This document shows, piece by piece, positions 1-13,950 of a stretch of DNA of 64,000 nucleotides. Within the stretch, counting starts at the first letter, position 1. Each line of letters begins with the position of its first letter. This stretch comes from the human T2T-CHM13v2.0 reference genome, Homo sapiens. The notes below the pieces were generated by a model. The model did not search any database. It was given only the letters and a program-made list of their open reading frames with translations, and was not told where the DNA came from. The DNA lies in NCBI RefSeq assembly GCF_009914755.1, contig NC_060927.1. One strand, 5' to 3'. Both the position numbers and the translations under genes were made by a program.

Positions 1-1679
1 TAATTAGGAGTGGGCTGTCCTGATTAGGTGTTTCTGCTTTGAGCAGGAGTGGTTCCATGAGTTAGAGGCTGCGTCTTGGTTTGCGTCCTGACTCTGAGGC
101 AGGTTTGGAGGAAAAGGAGGTGACTCTACCACCTCATACCCCCAAATCTCGACAGCTTACCTACTAACATTCTCTTCTGACTCTAGGTTGCCTTTTAGGA
201 ACATCTGTTTTGCCTTCATCGTTTGCCTTGAAATACAAAATGTTGAATAGGAGAGAATCATGGTTTTGTGAATGTCTGGCCAAGAATTGGGAGAGATTTC
301 CTTGCTTTTACCAGTCCTCAACTTAATGATTCTGTTTTTTTTTCTCTATTAAAAAAAAATTAATCATGAGTGAAATTTTCCAAACTTGAAAAGATATATA
401 TCAATCAGAAGGATTTTTCAGTAGGATTCCTTTATTTTTTTCCTCAATATTATGTTAAGAAATACCTGTAACCCAATATTACCTCAACTGTTTTCTCAGC
501 GACTGTTGGTCAGATTTCTTTCTTTCAATCATTGAAATTTTTGCAAAGTCTGAGCAAATATTTGAGGCTTCTTCCTGCTCCCCACCACTCCTGCATCTTG
601 AGAGGTGGAAAACGGAGGTTTGTGTGTGGTCTCAGGACATCCCCTGGCCACTCTTCTCCTTTGGGGTGATTTGCCTCCATGTTTTAAATCCAAGATGGTG
701 GACATAGATGACATCCAATTATAACTTCTTTCTGATTTGGGGCACAAGGCCAGATTCTCCTAAGAGAATTTACACAGTCACAAGTTTGGAAGAATTTCTC
801 ATGATGTAATCAAGATGTAAAAGCTATTTCCTTGCTATAACTCATGTACAGTTTCTTGTGAAAATGAAATGGTCCAAGCTCTGCTGTACCATGCTCTCCA
901 AGTGACAGTTTCATCTACTCCATATGTTCACAGATGAGGGAATCATTGTCACATGGCAAATGGCCAAGAAAGCCCCTAGCCCACTTCTGTAGCTTGTCCA
1001 AGAGTGCCTGGCACATTCCACCCCTCAATTATTCCCATCAATTGTGAACAGATGGGCACAATACTCTAAGTCATAGTAAAGTGACTTGTATCTGGCCATT
1101 ATCCAAGTGAAATGAAAGAAGGTGCTGTTGTCTATCTGGCTCAACTACAATATGGGATTCATAAAATAATGACCCCTGGTTCGATAATGACAGGAGCCCC
1201 AAGCTGCCAGGATGGGTACTTTTGTGGCAAGGCAGCTCAGAGATCACCCTTCATAAATTTCAAATTGGTTGCAGATTTGTGGGTGAGACTTGCCTTGTTA
1301 TTGTCTTCCTTTAATTTGCGACTCTATTGCTTCTCCATATTGCCTCAACCTGTCAAATATCTGATAAGATTTTCCCATTTAAATTTGATTCAGGTTAGGA
1401 TTACCTACCAGTTTAGGAAGGCTCCAATTTATTCTAAATAGATGTTTCTGAGAATAATATCTCTGGACCTTAAAGTGTCCCTGAGACCAATTATACTGTC
1501 AGAGTGATTATTTTCTAATCCTCCTCCCCTTACTGAGGTTTCTGGACCCTACACTCCAATATGTACCTGTGTTTCTAAACTAGACTAATTTACCATTCTC
1601 TGTTACCCCCTTCTCAATCTGACCCCAAACTTCCCTCTTTCAGGAAGTCTGCTTTGCTTGATATTACCCACTTTTGACC

Positions 1680-2000
1680 ACAGAGTTTTAGATTAGTAGA
1701 AACTTAGTTATGAATGAGATCTTAGAGTCCATTTAGTCTAACTTTCCACTTGAGGCAGAAATTGCCTCTAGATGATCTCTGAGTGATGGTGATTCTTATC
1801 TTCAGTGACAAAGTGCTCATGATTCCATGAGACAGCTAATTTTATTGTTGGTCAGATCTAATTGTTAGTAAATTATTTTATGTAATTGAAATCTGACTTT
1901 GTCTAATTTAGGCTTGTTGACCTTAGTTCAACCCTCTAGAGTAATGCAAAGCTATACAATTTCATTTCTACTTGAAGTCCTTCAGCTAATTGAGACAGCA
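1680..2000 (-). mobile_element. L3/CR1 LINE 3' fragment (ancient)
   Basis: Resembles the antisense CR1/L3 3' region (cttagagtccatttagtcta...ttcagtgac...gacagct...ttgttggtcagatctaattgttag...ccttagttcaaccctct...ccttcagctaattgagacag). Highly diverged. Confidence 0.6.
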
Positions 2001-4599
2001 GTTATTACTATCACACAGTCTTTTTGCCAGTGTGTTATACTTTTTGGTTGATCCATGTCTCCTTATTTTTTTTCTTTCTCTTATGCTTCATTTACTTTTT
2101 TATGCTTATTCCACAGTTTTAGAGGTGAAATCTCTTCATTATTTTGTGTCCCTTAAGAATTTATGTCCTTGACATGTAGAATATGTTTTAAGTTACTCAG
2201 TTTTTGCCTTTCTTCAATCATGTATTCCCTCAATATTTATTAAGTACTTTTATTTGTGGCAGGTGTATGGTAGGTGCTAGCAATGACTAAGGCCAACTCC
2301 CCACCCTCAAGAAGCACTTACTGATGTGTCACACTAACTTTTCTCAAGTTATTAATTATTACTATAGTCACATTTATCAGTGGAATAAGATCAGTTTATG
2401 AACAAAGAAAACCAGAAGACTGGGATATTGAGACATTGATGCTTTCAACCAGTGTTATGCTTGTTTGTCTGGTGGCCATTCCTCACCCCTCTCTCCACTT
2501 GCTACTTTTTGTATATTAAAAGATATTTGGACCTGAAAAAGATGGATTTTCCGTAGAGACTATTGAGATAGCAAACACAGAAGCCTGAGGTCAAATAAAC
2601 TTTTGGGCTGAGAATGGAAGTCTTAGCTCAATGCCATTTCACTTGTTGGCAATTCAAAGGTGTTAGTTATACTTCTGCCCCATCCAGAGGGCAAATGTTC
2701 CCTCTGAGTTGACAATACAGGGAAGCAGGAAAATGGAATGAAAATTTCAACCAAGTAACAAGAAGTAGAGAAGTAGAAGGTCTTTTCTGATGGAATAAGA
2801 CTACAGAGCCATGAAAAACCTTGATTTAGGCCCCAAAAGCTATTTGGAGAAGAAGTGAGCCTTCTGCAGGGGAGCATTGTAATCCAAGAACTTCATGCAG
2901 GTGACTGTGGTATGGTGCCGAGGTCTTCCTACTTGCCTCCTTCTCAGATGCTCACTGTGTCCTTTTCAACTGGTCCTGAAGAGTTCTGTGGTCCAGAGTC
3001 ATCTCATTGGTCTAAACATTGTGTGCTTGTTCCCTGTCCCCTCCTCTGTGTTAGCTGCCCTGTTGGCTTGGTTATATCTCTGCACAGGGATAGAAGCAGC
3101 TTTCCATCCCAGAAAATCATGGAGTTGTTCTCAGACATTTGCATTTGACATCTAGAGAGCCAAGCAGAAACTATGAATTGTGAAATTGAGGGCATAGAGG
3201 CTTACGAGTAAAACTGCGTACAGCCGTATTCAGCATGCTCATATTTGGGTGTTCCTAAGAAAATTCCTAAAAGTCACAGTCATTGTGCTCAGGCAGCTTT
3301 TGTTTGAGGAAGGTCCGTCATACTCAGGAGCATTAGCAGAACGGTGCCCCAGCATCATGGTGGCATGGAAAGCCACTTAGATAGGCTTGTGCTGTCTATT
3401 CACAGATCCCAAGGGTCCCATGTTCTTCCTACTGTTGTCTTTTGCTCTGCTAGAGGGCAGAGCACTCTCTACGTCTGCTTCACTGCTCTGCCTTAAGTCC
3501 TGTCTGCTTTAAGGATCAGCTCAATGCCTGTCCATAGTGACTCATACTCCAGTTTGCACCCTGCATTTAGAACAGAGCCCCTTCTCACTTTACCCACCCA
3601 ACTAGAGACATACTCTTTAAGGGTGGTATGTTTTGTAAGGTCAGGGAATATGTCTTGTCTTAGGCACTGCACTTGGTGGTTAGGTGTGGGATGTGATGCT
3701 CTACTTCAATCTCCTGGACAATGGCACCAAGAGGCAAGGGAGAAGGAAGTTCATGATGGGTGGAGGTTGGATAAAGGATAAGATAGAGCTTGGTCTTCTG
3801 TTGTAAAGAAGACCAGAGGTTGTAATAATCACGTCGCCTTCAATCACCCATTCACTCTATCACCATGGCCCTATGGGCAGGGCTGTTCTCCCTTCTTCTG
3901 TTTTCATTCCCCAGGAAACCTCTTTTGGGCCTTGCTTTCCCCTCTAAAGCCAAGGTCATCAGTGAAGTTTGTTTTAACCTCATTTCATCTGTGAAAGGGG
4001 TTGGATGGGTAAAGTGAGAAAAAGAAGGCAGATGACAACATTCCATGTGATGTGTTCTGGAGCCCTGCCCCTTTAAGGAACTTCCAGAATGTCTAGCTCG
4101 GTAACAGAATATGTGCTTTATAAATGTGTATTGTTTGATAACTGATTAACATTTGCCAAGCCACATAAAAGCAAGTGAAATGAATAACAACTCACTTACC
4201 TATTTTGGGGACAACTTTTACCATTCAGGACATAGAAATAGCCTTTCTAGTGGAAAGCCCATGTGACCAGAACTTATTGACCTATGGTAGTGTATAAATT
4301 AAAGTTCCTGATTGGGCCGTCTTTAATATTTTCCAGGACAGAGATTAGAGGGAGGTGCTCTGGGCTGCTGATACCTTAGTGATATCTACCCATGAAGGAG
4401 GAGAGAGTGAAATCCTTAGATATTTAGTATATCTCTGAATATGTTAAATGTATATTCAGAGCTCTCTGAACTTCTCAGTGTAGTCTGCAATGGTTAGGTA
4501 GTTTACTATTTTCAAGAAGTAAAATTATTAGATTTTTTTTAAAAACTGCTTAAAGACTAACATCAGTTATCTGGAAACATACATGGGGTACCGTCTTTT

Positions 4600-5270
4600 C
4601 CAGTGATACTTTAAAAATGACTATTTACCAATAATATCAAGTTTTGTTGAGACTATGGAGTTCCTGGAACTTACTTTGCTGGTGGGAGTGTATATTTATA
4701 CAGCACTTTAAAGAGAATTTTCATGATATCTATTATGCACACCCCATGAACCCATAATTCTACACCTGGATATACCCAATAGATTTGAACTCCATCTAAA
4801 AACAAAAACAAAAGCATGTACAAGAATGTTCATATCAGCTTTATTCATAACAGCCTCAAACTGGAAACAACCAAAATGTTGTTTCCAACAACAGTAGAAT
4901 GGATAAATACATTGTATATCAACGCCACAGAATGTTATACAGAAAAGATAAAGAGCGCACTATTGGCACTCTAATAGTATAGAAGCATCTTAGAAGATTG
5001 CGAAAGGAAGCCAGACATAAGAGAATACATATTGTATTCTCCCACTTATATGACCAAACAAACCTAATGTGTGGGACAGAGGTCAGAATAATAGCTATTC
5101 TTGACTGGAAGGGGGCATGAGGGAGCCTTCTGGGTAGCTGTAAATGTTCTAAATCTTGGTCTGGTGATTATATTAGTGTATAACATATGCAGAAATTCAC
5201 CCAGCTGTACCCTTATGATTTGTATACTTTGTGCAAGTTATGCTTTAATGAAAAAGCAAAGAAAAGGAAG
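4600..5270 (+). mobile_element. Old L1 (L1ME-like) ORF2 end and 3' UTR
   Basis: L1 hallmarks: gtacaagaatgttcatatcagctttattcataacagcc, gaatggataaat, ggggcatgagggagccttctggg, and an A-rich end. Confidence 0.8.
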
Positions 5271-5964
5271 AGAGATTGCTGAAGTGTGATGCTGAGTAAT
5301 TTGCCACAGACCCCAGTGTCTTCTATATGTCTGAAGGTTAACAGATAATATTCTTAAGGTTCTTGCCCCTGAAACTTCTTGTGAATTTTAGCATATTTTT
5401 CCTGCTTCCAACTTGCTCTGGAAAGAACTGGAGTCTGTGACTCAGGAGTCCTCTGCTATAGTCTCTCAGCCCCAGTTACCAACTGTGTTTACTTACAGGT
5501 CAGTTCTTCAAGGAGTATATGAAATAGACCTTCCAGTCACTCCTCTACCTTTGACCCATGGGGTCTGGTGAACATAAAGTGAGGTATAAGCTATCAAGGA
5601 GTTTTTGAAAAACATTAAAAGGGCCACCCAAATACTAAGAAGTAAGATTGTACTTGAACTTGATGAAATTGATGGCAGCTACTGATTAGAATCACATAAG
5701 GTGCTGTTGACAAAGACAATGCTGTGACTTTAAAGAATTGGGCAGTGATTTATGAATCATCATGGTACTTGGCTCAGGGCTCTCAGTGGCAGCTGTGACA
5801 TCAGGGTGTAGGAACACATGAGGTGACTTGTGTGTTGGGAAATTGTGGTGATTACAGAAGCAGCCACTGCCGGGAGGTCAGCATCACATGCTTAGAATGA
5901 TGGTTCTTTTCCAGGTGAAGCCCTTGGACTACTGTGGCCAAGTGAACAGTGCCCTGTTTAGACA

Positions 5965-6100
5965 ACCCAGGCCCATTTCTGGCTTTTCCACCAAATAATT
6001 ATGTGACACAAGGCAATCTGTTCGCTTCCCTGGACCTTAGTTCCTCCTCTGTAAAATGGGGGAAATGATGTCATAAGTCCCTCTGAGCTCTAACTTCCTC
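5965..6100 (+). mobile_element. MIR fragment
   Basis: MIR core-like ggaccttagttcctcctctgtaaaatgggg. Confidence 0.6.
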
Positions 6101-8005
6101 CATGTCTTCCCCACATAGCCAGTTCTCACTTTTTTTCCGTATGTGTATTATATGGTCAGTTTTAAATCTGGAACAGTCTTCTTTTCATGTGGCTGTTTTT
6201 TACAAGTAGATCTTTAAGAAGACAACTCAGCTGCCAAGAATCATGTTGTCTCCTAACAAACAATATCCATTATTCTGGAATATTGATTATCCATCATTTC
6301 AACAACCCAGTATCTCTTTCCATCATTAGTGCTGATGACTGGGTGCTGCCTGAATTACACAACCACTTTCCTATCCCTCCAGCCTCCTCTACCCTGTTGG
6401 AGCCCCAGGTGGACATGTCTTGATGAGCAAAGCTGTGCATTAGTAATGCTTAGTTTGGGGCCACATTTTCCTAAGGTTTGTGAGGGAAGCTCAATCATCA
6501 CTTCAAGTGCCCAGAGCCTAGAACCCGAGCCGGTGAGAACACTGATGGGAGGAGAAGAAACTTAGTGAGAGGGAGCCTCCATCACTGGGAAGTGAGCACT
6601 GCAGCACCGCACAACACATACTCCTGGACTTCTTTCCTGGCCTGAGCTTTTCAAGGCTGAATGAATGTGCAAAGCCAGGAAGAAAATACCTTACTCTCCT
6701 CTGGTCAGCCTGGGCAGAGATCTTCTTTTACACACGGCAGGACTTGGGGAAGGAAGAGGAGGATGATGAGGCCAGGAGAAGGTGACTTTGTTGTGTCTGG
6801 GAAGGAACCAGGGCCTTGTAACTCAGAGAATTGGGGAAAAGCTTTGTGGCACCTTCATTTTTCTGGCTCCTTCATGGCTGTTTTGGCAGGGATTTTTGCC
6901 CCGTCTCACATTCCAAGTTCTTTCATGAGAGCTTTGTGGGTCAGAGGCAGGGAACTAGACCAGACCTTAACCTCTGAAGACACAAATTCTCCCCTGGCAG
7001 CCCCTGTCTCTTTGGGAGTTGTTCTGGTTCCTCCTGCTGGGGCATTTACACTGTTTTCTCTGAAGTCAAATCCATCTTCCTCTCTGTCCTCTGGAATTTG
7101 GTTTCTGAGGCACTTAGTAGGTGATAGCATGACTGACTGCCTCACTGACCACTTCCAGATGAGGGTTACTCTCCTCACAGCACGGCCTTGAGGCAGCTCA
7201 TGCCAGGGATGCTGCCTGTGTTCCAACTGTGGATCTGCATTCTGGGAACAGCCAATTGATCTGATGGTGCAGGGTTACTTTTTATTTTTTAAATTTAAAA
7301 ATTAAAAAAAATATATCCTTAGTGGTGATTAAAACTTCAGAACTGTTTTTGAATACTAATTTGGTTTTTGGAAACAGCCCAACTCCATTCGGGAAAATCT
7401 GGGGAAGAGGGAATCAAATCTGGGCAAGCTGGGTGACAGTATTTTAGTTTAAAAAACAAAACAACAACCTTCCTCTCTCCCCCACCTCAAAAAAACACAA
7501 CACAAGGTTTGTCTATTAAGTAATGAAACAGTTTGCTTGTTTTTAAATTTAGAACGACAGTCGAGGCTGTTTTCAGAAGTTCAAAAATGTTTAGTGTCTG
7601 CTAGAATAAGCACAGAGCCCCGGAGGTAGCTAACAAGGACAGCCCTCATTTCTGTCTTCAATTCAGGAGGCCACAGGTCAGGATCTGTGGCATTGTGGAG
7701 GGCCCACCCAGGGCACTGCCTGTGATTGCAGACCCACTCCTGTGCCTTATGGGGAGGGAGGCGCTAGAGGAATCTGGGGCTATTGCCAAGTCCCCTATCG
7801 TTCACATGTTCCTGGAGAAGGAGTTTGGATACTGACAAATCCTGCATCAGGGAGGGCTACCTGAGTCCAGAGATCTCATCCTGAGCCTGTCTGCTTGCCT
7901 GGAACCACAGGCAAAAAGAGTTTCAGGGCAGCCGGAATAGGACAACATGTTCCTAGTATAACTAAAATGGCCTTTATCAAGTTGCTTTAAAGAGGTGTTC
8001 TTTGA

Positions 8006-9685
8006 CTGCTGAAAGAAATCATAGATGACACAAACAAATGGAAACACATCCCATGCTCATGGATGGGTAGAATCAATATTGTGAAAATGACCATACTGCC
8101 AAAAGCAAGCTACAAATTCAATGCAATCCCCATCAAAATACCACCATCGTTCCTCACACAGTTAGAAAAATCAATTCTAAAATTCATTTGGAACCAAAAA
8201 GAGAGCCCATGGAGCCAAAGCAAGACTAAGCAAAAAGATTAAATCTGGAGGTATCACACTACCTGATTTCAAACTATACTATAAGGCTATAGTCACCAAA
8301 ACAGCGTGATACTGGCATAAAAATAGGCACATAGACCAATGGAACAGAATAGAGAACCCAGAAATAAACCCAAATACTTACAACCAACTGATCTTTGACA
8401 AAGCAAACAAAAACATAAAGTAGGGAAAGGACACCCTTTTCAACAAATGGTGCTGGTATAATTGACTACCCACATGTAGAAGAATGAAACTGGATCCTCA
8501 TCTCTCACCTTATACAAAAATCAACTCAAGGTGGATTAAAGACTTAAGACCTGAAACTATAAAAATTCTAGAAGACAGCATTTGAAAAACCCTTCTAGAC
8601 ATTGGCTTAGGCAAGGATTTCATAGCCGAAAACCCAAAAGCAAATGCAATAAAAACAAAGATAAATATCTGGGACCTAATTAAACTAAAGAGCTTTTGCA
8701 TGGCAAAAGGAACAGTCAGCAGAGTAAACAGACAACCCACTGAGTGGGAGAAAATCTTCACAATTTATACATTTGACAAAGGACTAATATCCAGAATCTA
8801 CAACGGACTCAGACAAATCAGTAAGAAAAAAACAAACAATTACATCAAAAAGTGGGTTAAGGACATGAATAGACGATTCTCAAAAGAAGATACACAAATG
8901 GCCGACAAACATATGAAAAAATGCTCAACATCACTAATGATCAGGGAAATGCAAATCAAAACCATAGTGCAATACCACCTTACTCCTGCAAGAATGGCCA
9001 TAATAAGAAAACAAAAAAACAGTAGACATTGGCGTGGATGCGGTGATCAGGGAACACTTCTACACTGCTGGTGTGAATGTAAACTAGTACAGCCACTGTG
9101 GAAAATAGTGTGGAGATTCCTTAAGGAACTAAAAGTGGAACCACCATTTGATCCAGCAATGCCACTACTGGGTATCTACCCAGAGGAAAAGAAGTCATTA
9201 CTTGAAAAAGATACTTGCACACGCATGGTTATAGCAGCACAGTTCACAATTGCAAAATTGTGGAACCAACCCAAATGCCCATCAATCAATGAGTGGATAA
9301 AGAAAATGTGGTATATACATATGATGGAATACTACTCAGCCCTAAAAAGGAATGAATTAACAGCATTTGCAATGACCTGGATGAGATTGGAGACTATTAT
9401 TCTAAGTGAAGTAACTCAGGAGTGGAAAACCAAGCATCGTGTGTTCTCACTGATATGTGGGAGCTAAGCTATGAGGACACAAAGGCATAAGAATGATACA
9501 GTGGACTTTGGAGGCTTGTGGGGAAGAGTGGGAGGGGGGCAAGGGATAAAAGATTATAGATATGGTGCAGGGTGTACTGCTTGGGTGATGGGTGCACCAG
9601 GATCTCACAAATCACCACTAAAGAACTTACACATGTAACCAAATACCACCTGTACCCCGATAACTTATGGAAAATAAAATTTAAA
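8006..9685 (+). mobile_element. 5'-truncated L1PB (L1PB1-like) with 17-bp TSD
   Basis: ORF 8700-9467 is the L1 ORF2p C-terminus (WRGCG..GTLLHCW, PFDPA.PLLGIYP). The 3' UTR is L1PB-type (gggtgatgggtgcacc...aaatcaccactaaagaactt). TSD aaa(g/t)aggtgttctttga at 7989-8005 and 9686-9702 follows a TT/AAA endonuclease site. Confidence 0.92.
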
Positions 9686-9999
9686 AAATAGGTGTTCTTT
9701 GAAAGGGTGTGGGGGTGTTAGAGGTCTGGGGTCTGCACTGTGAGCTGTCTTATAGGGAAAGTCTGGTTCCAAGGGACCCAGCCTGTTTTTAAGGACAGCG
9801 AATCAAGATGCTGGGATTATGGAGATGGCTGCTGAAGAGAACTCTTGCCCCAAACTATGAACAGTCATGAAGTTTTCTTTCTTGGTGGGGAAGGGTCCTT
9901 GATGAGGGACCAGTGTAGGGGACATTCTAAACACAGCAGCCCAGCTGCTCAACTCAGAGTCAACCAGGGGCCCATTCTGGAGAAAGAAGGGAAGTGATG

Positions 10000-10130
10000 A
10001 ACACTGGGCATCTGCTATATACTGGGCATTTCCTTATATCATTTTATGTAATTCTCAATAGTCCTTCAAGGGACTGTTACATTCCCCATTCTACAGATGA
10101 GAAAATGGAGGCACAGATGGTGCAGCTGCT
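10000..10130 (-). mobile_element. MIR fragment
   Basis: Antisense MIR core: ccccattctacagatgagaaaatggaggcacaga. Confidence 0.75.
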
Positions 10131-10214
10131 TGTCCTCATCTCCTTACTGCAGGATCCCTTCTCACTTGCCTGCATACCCTGTTACAGTCTTTGCACTCAG
10201 TATATTGCATTGTG

Positions 10215-10570
10215 ATGACTTCCCCACACCTAGAAATTCTAATGAAATTGGTCTGGGATGGGGCCCAGACTGGTATTATTTTAAAAGCTCCCCAGCTTAT
10301 TTTAATTGCAGCCAGGGCTAAGAACTGATAGTTTAGATTATGGGTTTTTCATTTTTTTTTTTATATCCCCAGGGCCTAAGTCAGTGGAACTCAAACTTGA
10401 GCACACATCAGAATAATCTGGAGGACTTGTTAAAACACAAGTTGTTTGCCCTACCTTCAGCGTTTCTGATTCAGCAGGTCTACAGTGGGCCCAAGAATTT
10501 ATACTTCTCACAAGTTCCCAGGTGATGCTGATGCTGCTGGTCTGGGGACCTTGCTATGAGAGCCCCTGAT
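10215..10570. mobile_element. MER5-type hAT-Charlie MITEs (partial MER5B-like ~10215-10330, MER5A ~10382-10568)
   Basis: cagtggaactcaaacttgagcacacatcagaataatctggagg...ttctgattcagcaggtct...aagttcccaggtgatgctgatgctgctggtc matches the recalled MER5A consensus. Confidence 0.8.
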
Positions 10571-11339
10571 CCTTTAGAACGAGAGGAGGCACTTGTTCAT
10601 TACATGCTGACTGAATTTTACCAAATTGCCAAGGTCCCCCCCCCATTGATTGGAATCAGGATTTGAATACTGGCCTACCAGGTAGCAAATAGGCTGGCTC
10701 TAGGGGAGCCTGGGTGGTAGAGTGAGGTGGGCCTGCCTGTCTACTTAACCTCTGGGAGGAGAGTAGAGTTTGTTGGCCTTTAGGGTCTCCTCACAGGGAG
10801 AAACAATAACCAGTTTCTTGCCAGGAAACCTAGTGGCTGTTAAAGGCCCAGAAATTTTGGGTAGAGGTTTGAGGCAGCCAGAAGATCCTAGAATCCTAAT
10901 CCAGGACACAGATTCCTAGTGCAGAGTGTGACCTGGGAAAAGATGGTCATGGATGTGCATGTACCAGAGTGTTTGTTACAAAGCTGGTGACACTGCTCTT
11001 TAAAGTTACTTCTTGTTTTCGCACTACAGGAAATTATGGAGGCACTAGTGATGGAAACAGGGCGGAGTGATGCCAGAGGTGGGGAGCGAGGCCCTGAGCA
11101 GACCCGGATGATTAGGGAACAGGGTTGATGGGGCAGAGCAGCTGTGAGAGTTTGGGCACCTGGAAAGAATGTTTGAGGCCACAGCAGGAATGGTGTGTTT
11201 GGGAGAGGAGGAAGAGGCTATGCTGATGAATATAGCAGAGGACATGGGGAGTCTGGATTCTCATTCTGGAGGGACGTGCTTGTTACCTGGACACTGGAGT
11301 CGCCGGTTTTGCTGAACAATGCATTTAAAAAATGAAACC

Positions 11340-11700
11340 TCAAAACAAATATTTACTTACGTGTACAACACTGTTCTAGATGCTGTAGGGCTGCCAAAAA
11401 CTGGTTAATGAGAAAAAGCAGAGTGAGGTAAGTGTTAAGTGATTGTTGCAGGTGGCAAGTCCATAAGAGTGGGGAGAAGAGTCCAGTTGGCTGTGTGGCT
11501 GGGAAGGCTGTGAGCCTGCTGGTCCTGGCAGGATGAGTGAGTGTGAGATGTGCTGTGTCAATGGGGTGAGCAAAGGTGTAGGGTGGGGCTCTAATGAGGG
11601 ACAGCTCATTATGGGAGCAATGGAGCATTTGTGCAGAGGATGTAAGGATGTGGTTGAAAAGGGGAAATGAATGAATGCCACCTTGTCCTTGTTTGCTGTT
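11340..11700 (-). mobile_element. L2 fragment
   Basis: Antisense L2 3' end (aacaaatatttact...gtacaacactgttctagatgctg) followed by purine-rich L2-like sequence. Confidence 0.5.
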
Positions 11701-13559
11701 CCCTCTCTCTCTCCAAGTGTGAGGGCTGGGACTAACTTGAGGATGCAAGCCTCCTGACTAGTAGGGCTGCTGGAACTGACTACTTCTTAAAAGAGTTTCT
11801 CCAAGGAGTCCTTACACGCAAATTTTATGTTATTTTTACCCTTTCCAGAAATACTGGAGGCTGGAGGAAGAGGAGGAAAGCTCTCTCTCCTTTTAGAAAT
11901 GGGACTACTGAGGTCTAGAGAAGGGAAAAGGCTAAAAATGGTGCTCTGGGTGTGGGTCGGATGCAGGGAGATGGCTGAAATGGCCATCTGAATGTAATAG
12001 TGTCCTCTGAGGGCAGGGGTGAAGGGCACAGTTTTCTCTGAACAGCATTGGGATATGGATGCTTGACCCTAAGAATCTTCTGTAAAGTATGTGTTTTTGT
12101 GGATCTGGGAGGAAGTATAGAGAACAAGGGAGGTCAGAACAGCCCTAGTCGGAGCTTAAGGCCCTGGACATTCCCAGGGATCCCCAGTGGCCCCCAGCAG
12201 GCTGGTATCTCAAGGTTCACAGAGCCTGTCCTGGGTGCCACATCCTAGCACTGTGGTTTCAGGCATCTCCCACAATTTGTGCCACTTCCACCACCCTCCT
12301 GCAGCTTTCTCTTTGCCCCTCACTGCCACCTCTGGGCTCAGTGGGAGTTGAGCAGCTAATCAGAACTGCAAAATCCTCTCTCCCTGCTGGATCACCATTA
12401 GACATCAATTTAGCATGTCTTTGGAGAGACCTACTCTTTTCCACTCCCCCAACTTTGAAGTCAGTTAGCTCTGACTAAAAGAGGGGGAGGGGAGGCTCTC
12501 TGTGCTCTACTCCACCAGTGGTATCACCCACCAGTATTTATACCAAAGAGGTTCTGTTGCCTTGACAACTTTCTTGCATGGGTTCTGGTGCTCAGAATAT
12601 CTGACAAATAGCAATGCTTCACACTCAATGGGCAGAGACAGACAAGCAGATCAAAGAGCAAATCTCAATGATCAATGCCAGGGTCAAAGATGAAAAGAGT
12701 GACTGAGGCAGGATACAAGAAAGCCACTGAGGCCAGAGGATTCACTGAAGTTCTTCCCTTCTCCCATATTCTCTCCCTCCACCTTTCCTTATGTATTCTC
12801 CTCCTCCTTTCTGTGGAATTCCCGGGCCTTTTGGTCTTCATAGATCAGTCATCAGCATGAACTAGGGGGCCTGTATGGCAGAGTATTCCCCTGGACCACT
12901 GAAGGGACATGGTGAGTACAGAGGGGGTAACTCCTAACTATGGCTTTGGTCCTCAGAGAGCTCCCAGCTTGTTGGAGGAGACCATGGTATTCATCTCCAT
13001 GACACTTCTGCTGGGGGGAAAAGGAAGGCTATTAGTGTGAGGGAGCCCAAAAGTTGAGATGGTGTTCTCTGATATTGTTTACATATGTATGTATCATGGC
13101 GCATATAATACAGATGTGAGGCCACAGAAAAAGCTCACTGCAAAGATAAATGGTGCAAGAGTGGGGACCGGGGAGCATATGGGAGGACTTGCAGCAGGAG
13201 GCTGGGGAAGCTAGCCCAGGGATAAAAGTCCTTTTGTGGTAGAGAAGAGCTCTCCTCTCAGGTTCCATCTATAGGGCCCAGATCCTTTCTTTTTTCTCTT
13301 GGTTACATGGTCCTTTGTGAGAACCATATCTCCTTGGATGCAAAAGACCAGAGTAATGAGGAGGCAAAGGGATTCTGATGTTGACAACACTCTCTTTAAG
13401 TTGTTCTCCAGAGAAAACATGCTGAATGGGTGGGTGCTCATGTGTCAAAGTTTGGGTGTATATGTTAAGTAAGTGAAGCTTCCACAGAAACAGAACAAAA
13501 TACTACATCTTTTGTGGCTTCCTATGGCATGATCCTCTTGAGTCACACTTGGATTAGTG

Positions 13560-13950
13560 TTTTAATGCATTCATTTCTTTATTCCTCCTGCAGTTTATTG
13601 TGTACTAGCTATGTACTAGGCCCTGCACAGTATAGACTCTTCTAAACCACTACTTTCTGCTTTGCTGAGAACTGCTGGGCAGCAGTCCCTCTCTTGTTAG
13701 GGACAAGGAGGGTTTGTACAGAGAGGAGAGAGGCAGAGCCTTAGGGCACAGTGAGAGGGAATGCAAGAGTGGTCAGATACATGGTAGAAAAACCAGAGCA
13801 CCTGGGGGTTCCCTTGTCAAGGGTTGCAAGGAAGGAGAGGGCACTACACTCAAGGATTGGAGAGTGAGATAGAACTGTGGGGGATTGGATGTGAGGAGAT
13901 CATGGTCATCTTTGAAATAACAGTTTCAGGACTGGGTTGGTGCAGAATGA
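13560..13950 (-). mobile_element. L2 fragments
   Basis: cattcatttc...tttattgtgtactagctatgtactaggccctg, and gaggagatcatggtcatctttgaaataacagtttcag. Confidence 0.55.

Noticed and set aside
529-770. Minus-strand ORF preceded by an acceptor-like ttctcttAG
   Set aside because: No recognisable protein similarity and no partner exons. Cannot be supported.
6661-7226. Overlapping 176-aa and 106-aa ORFs in unique sequence
   Set aside because: No domain-like features or splice structure. Lengths are compatible with chance in 64 kb.
8700-9467. 255-aa ORF, the longest in the window
   Set aside because: It is the C-terminal remnant of L1 ORF2p in a 5'-truncated element with stops upstream. Not a gene.
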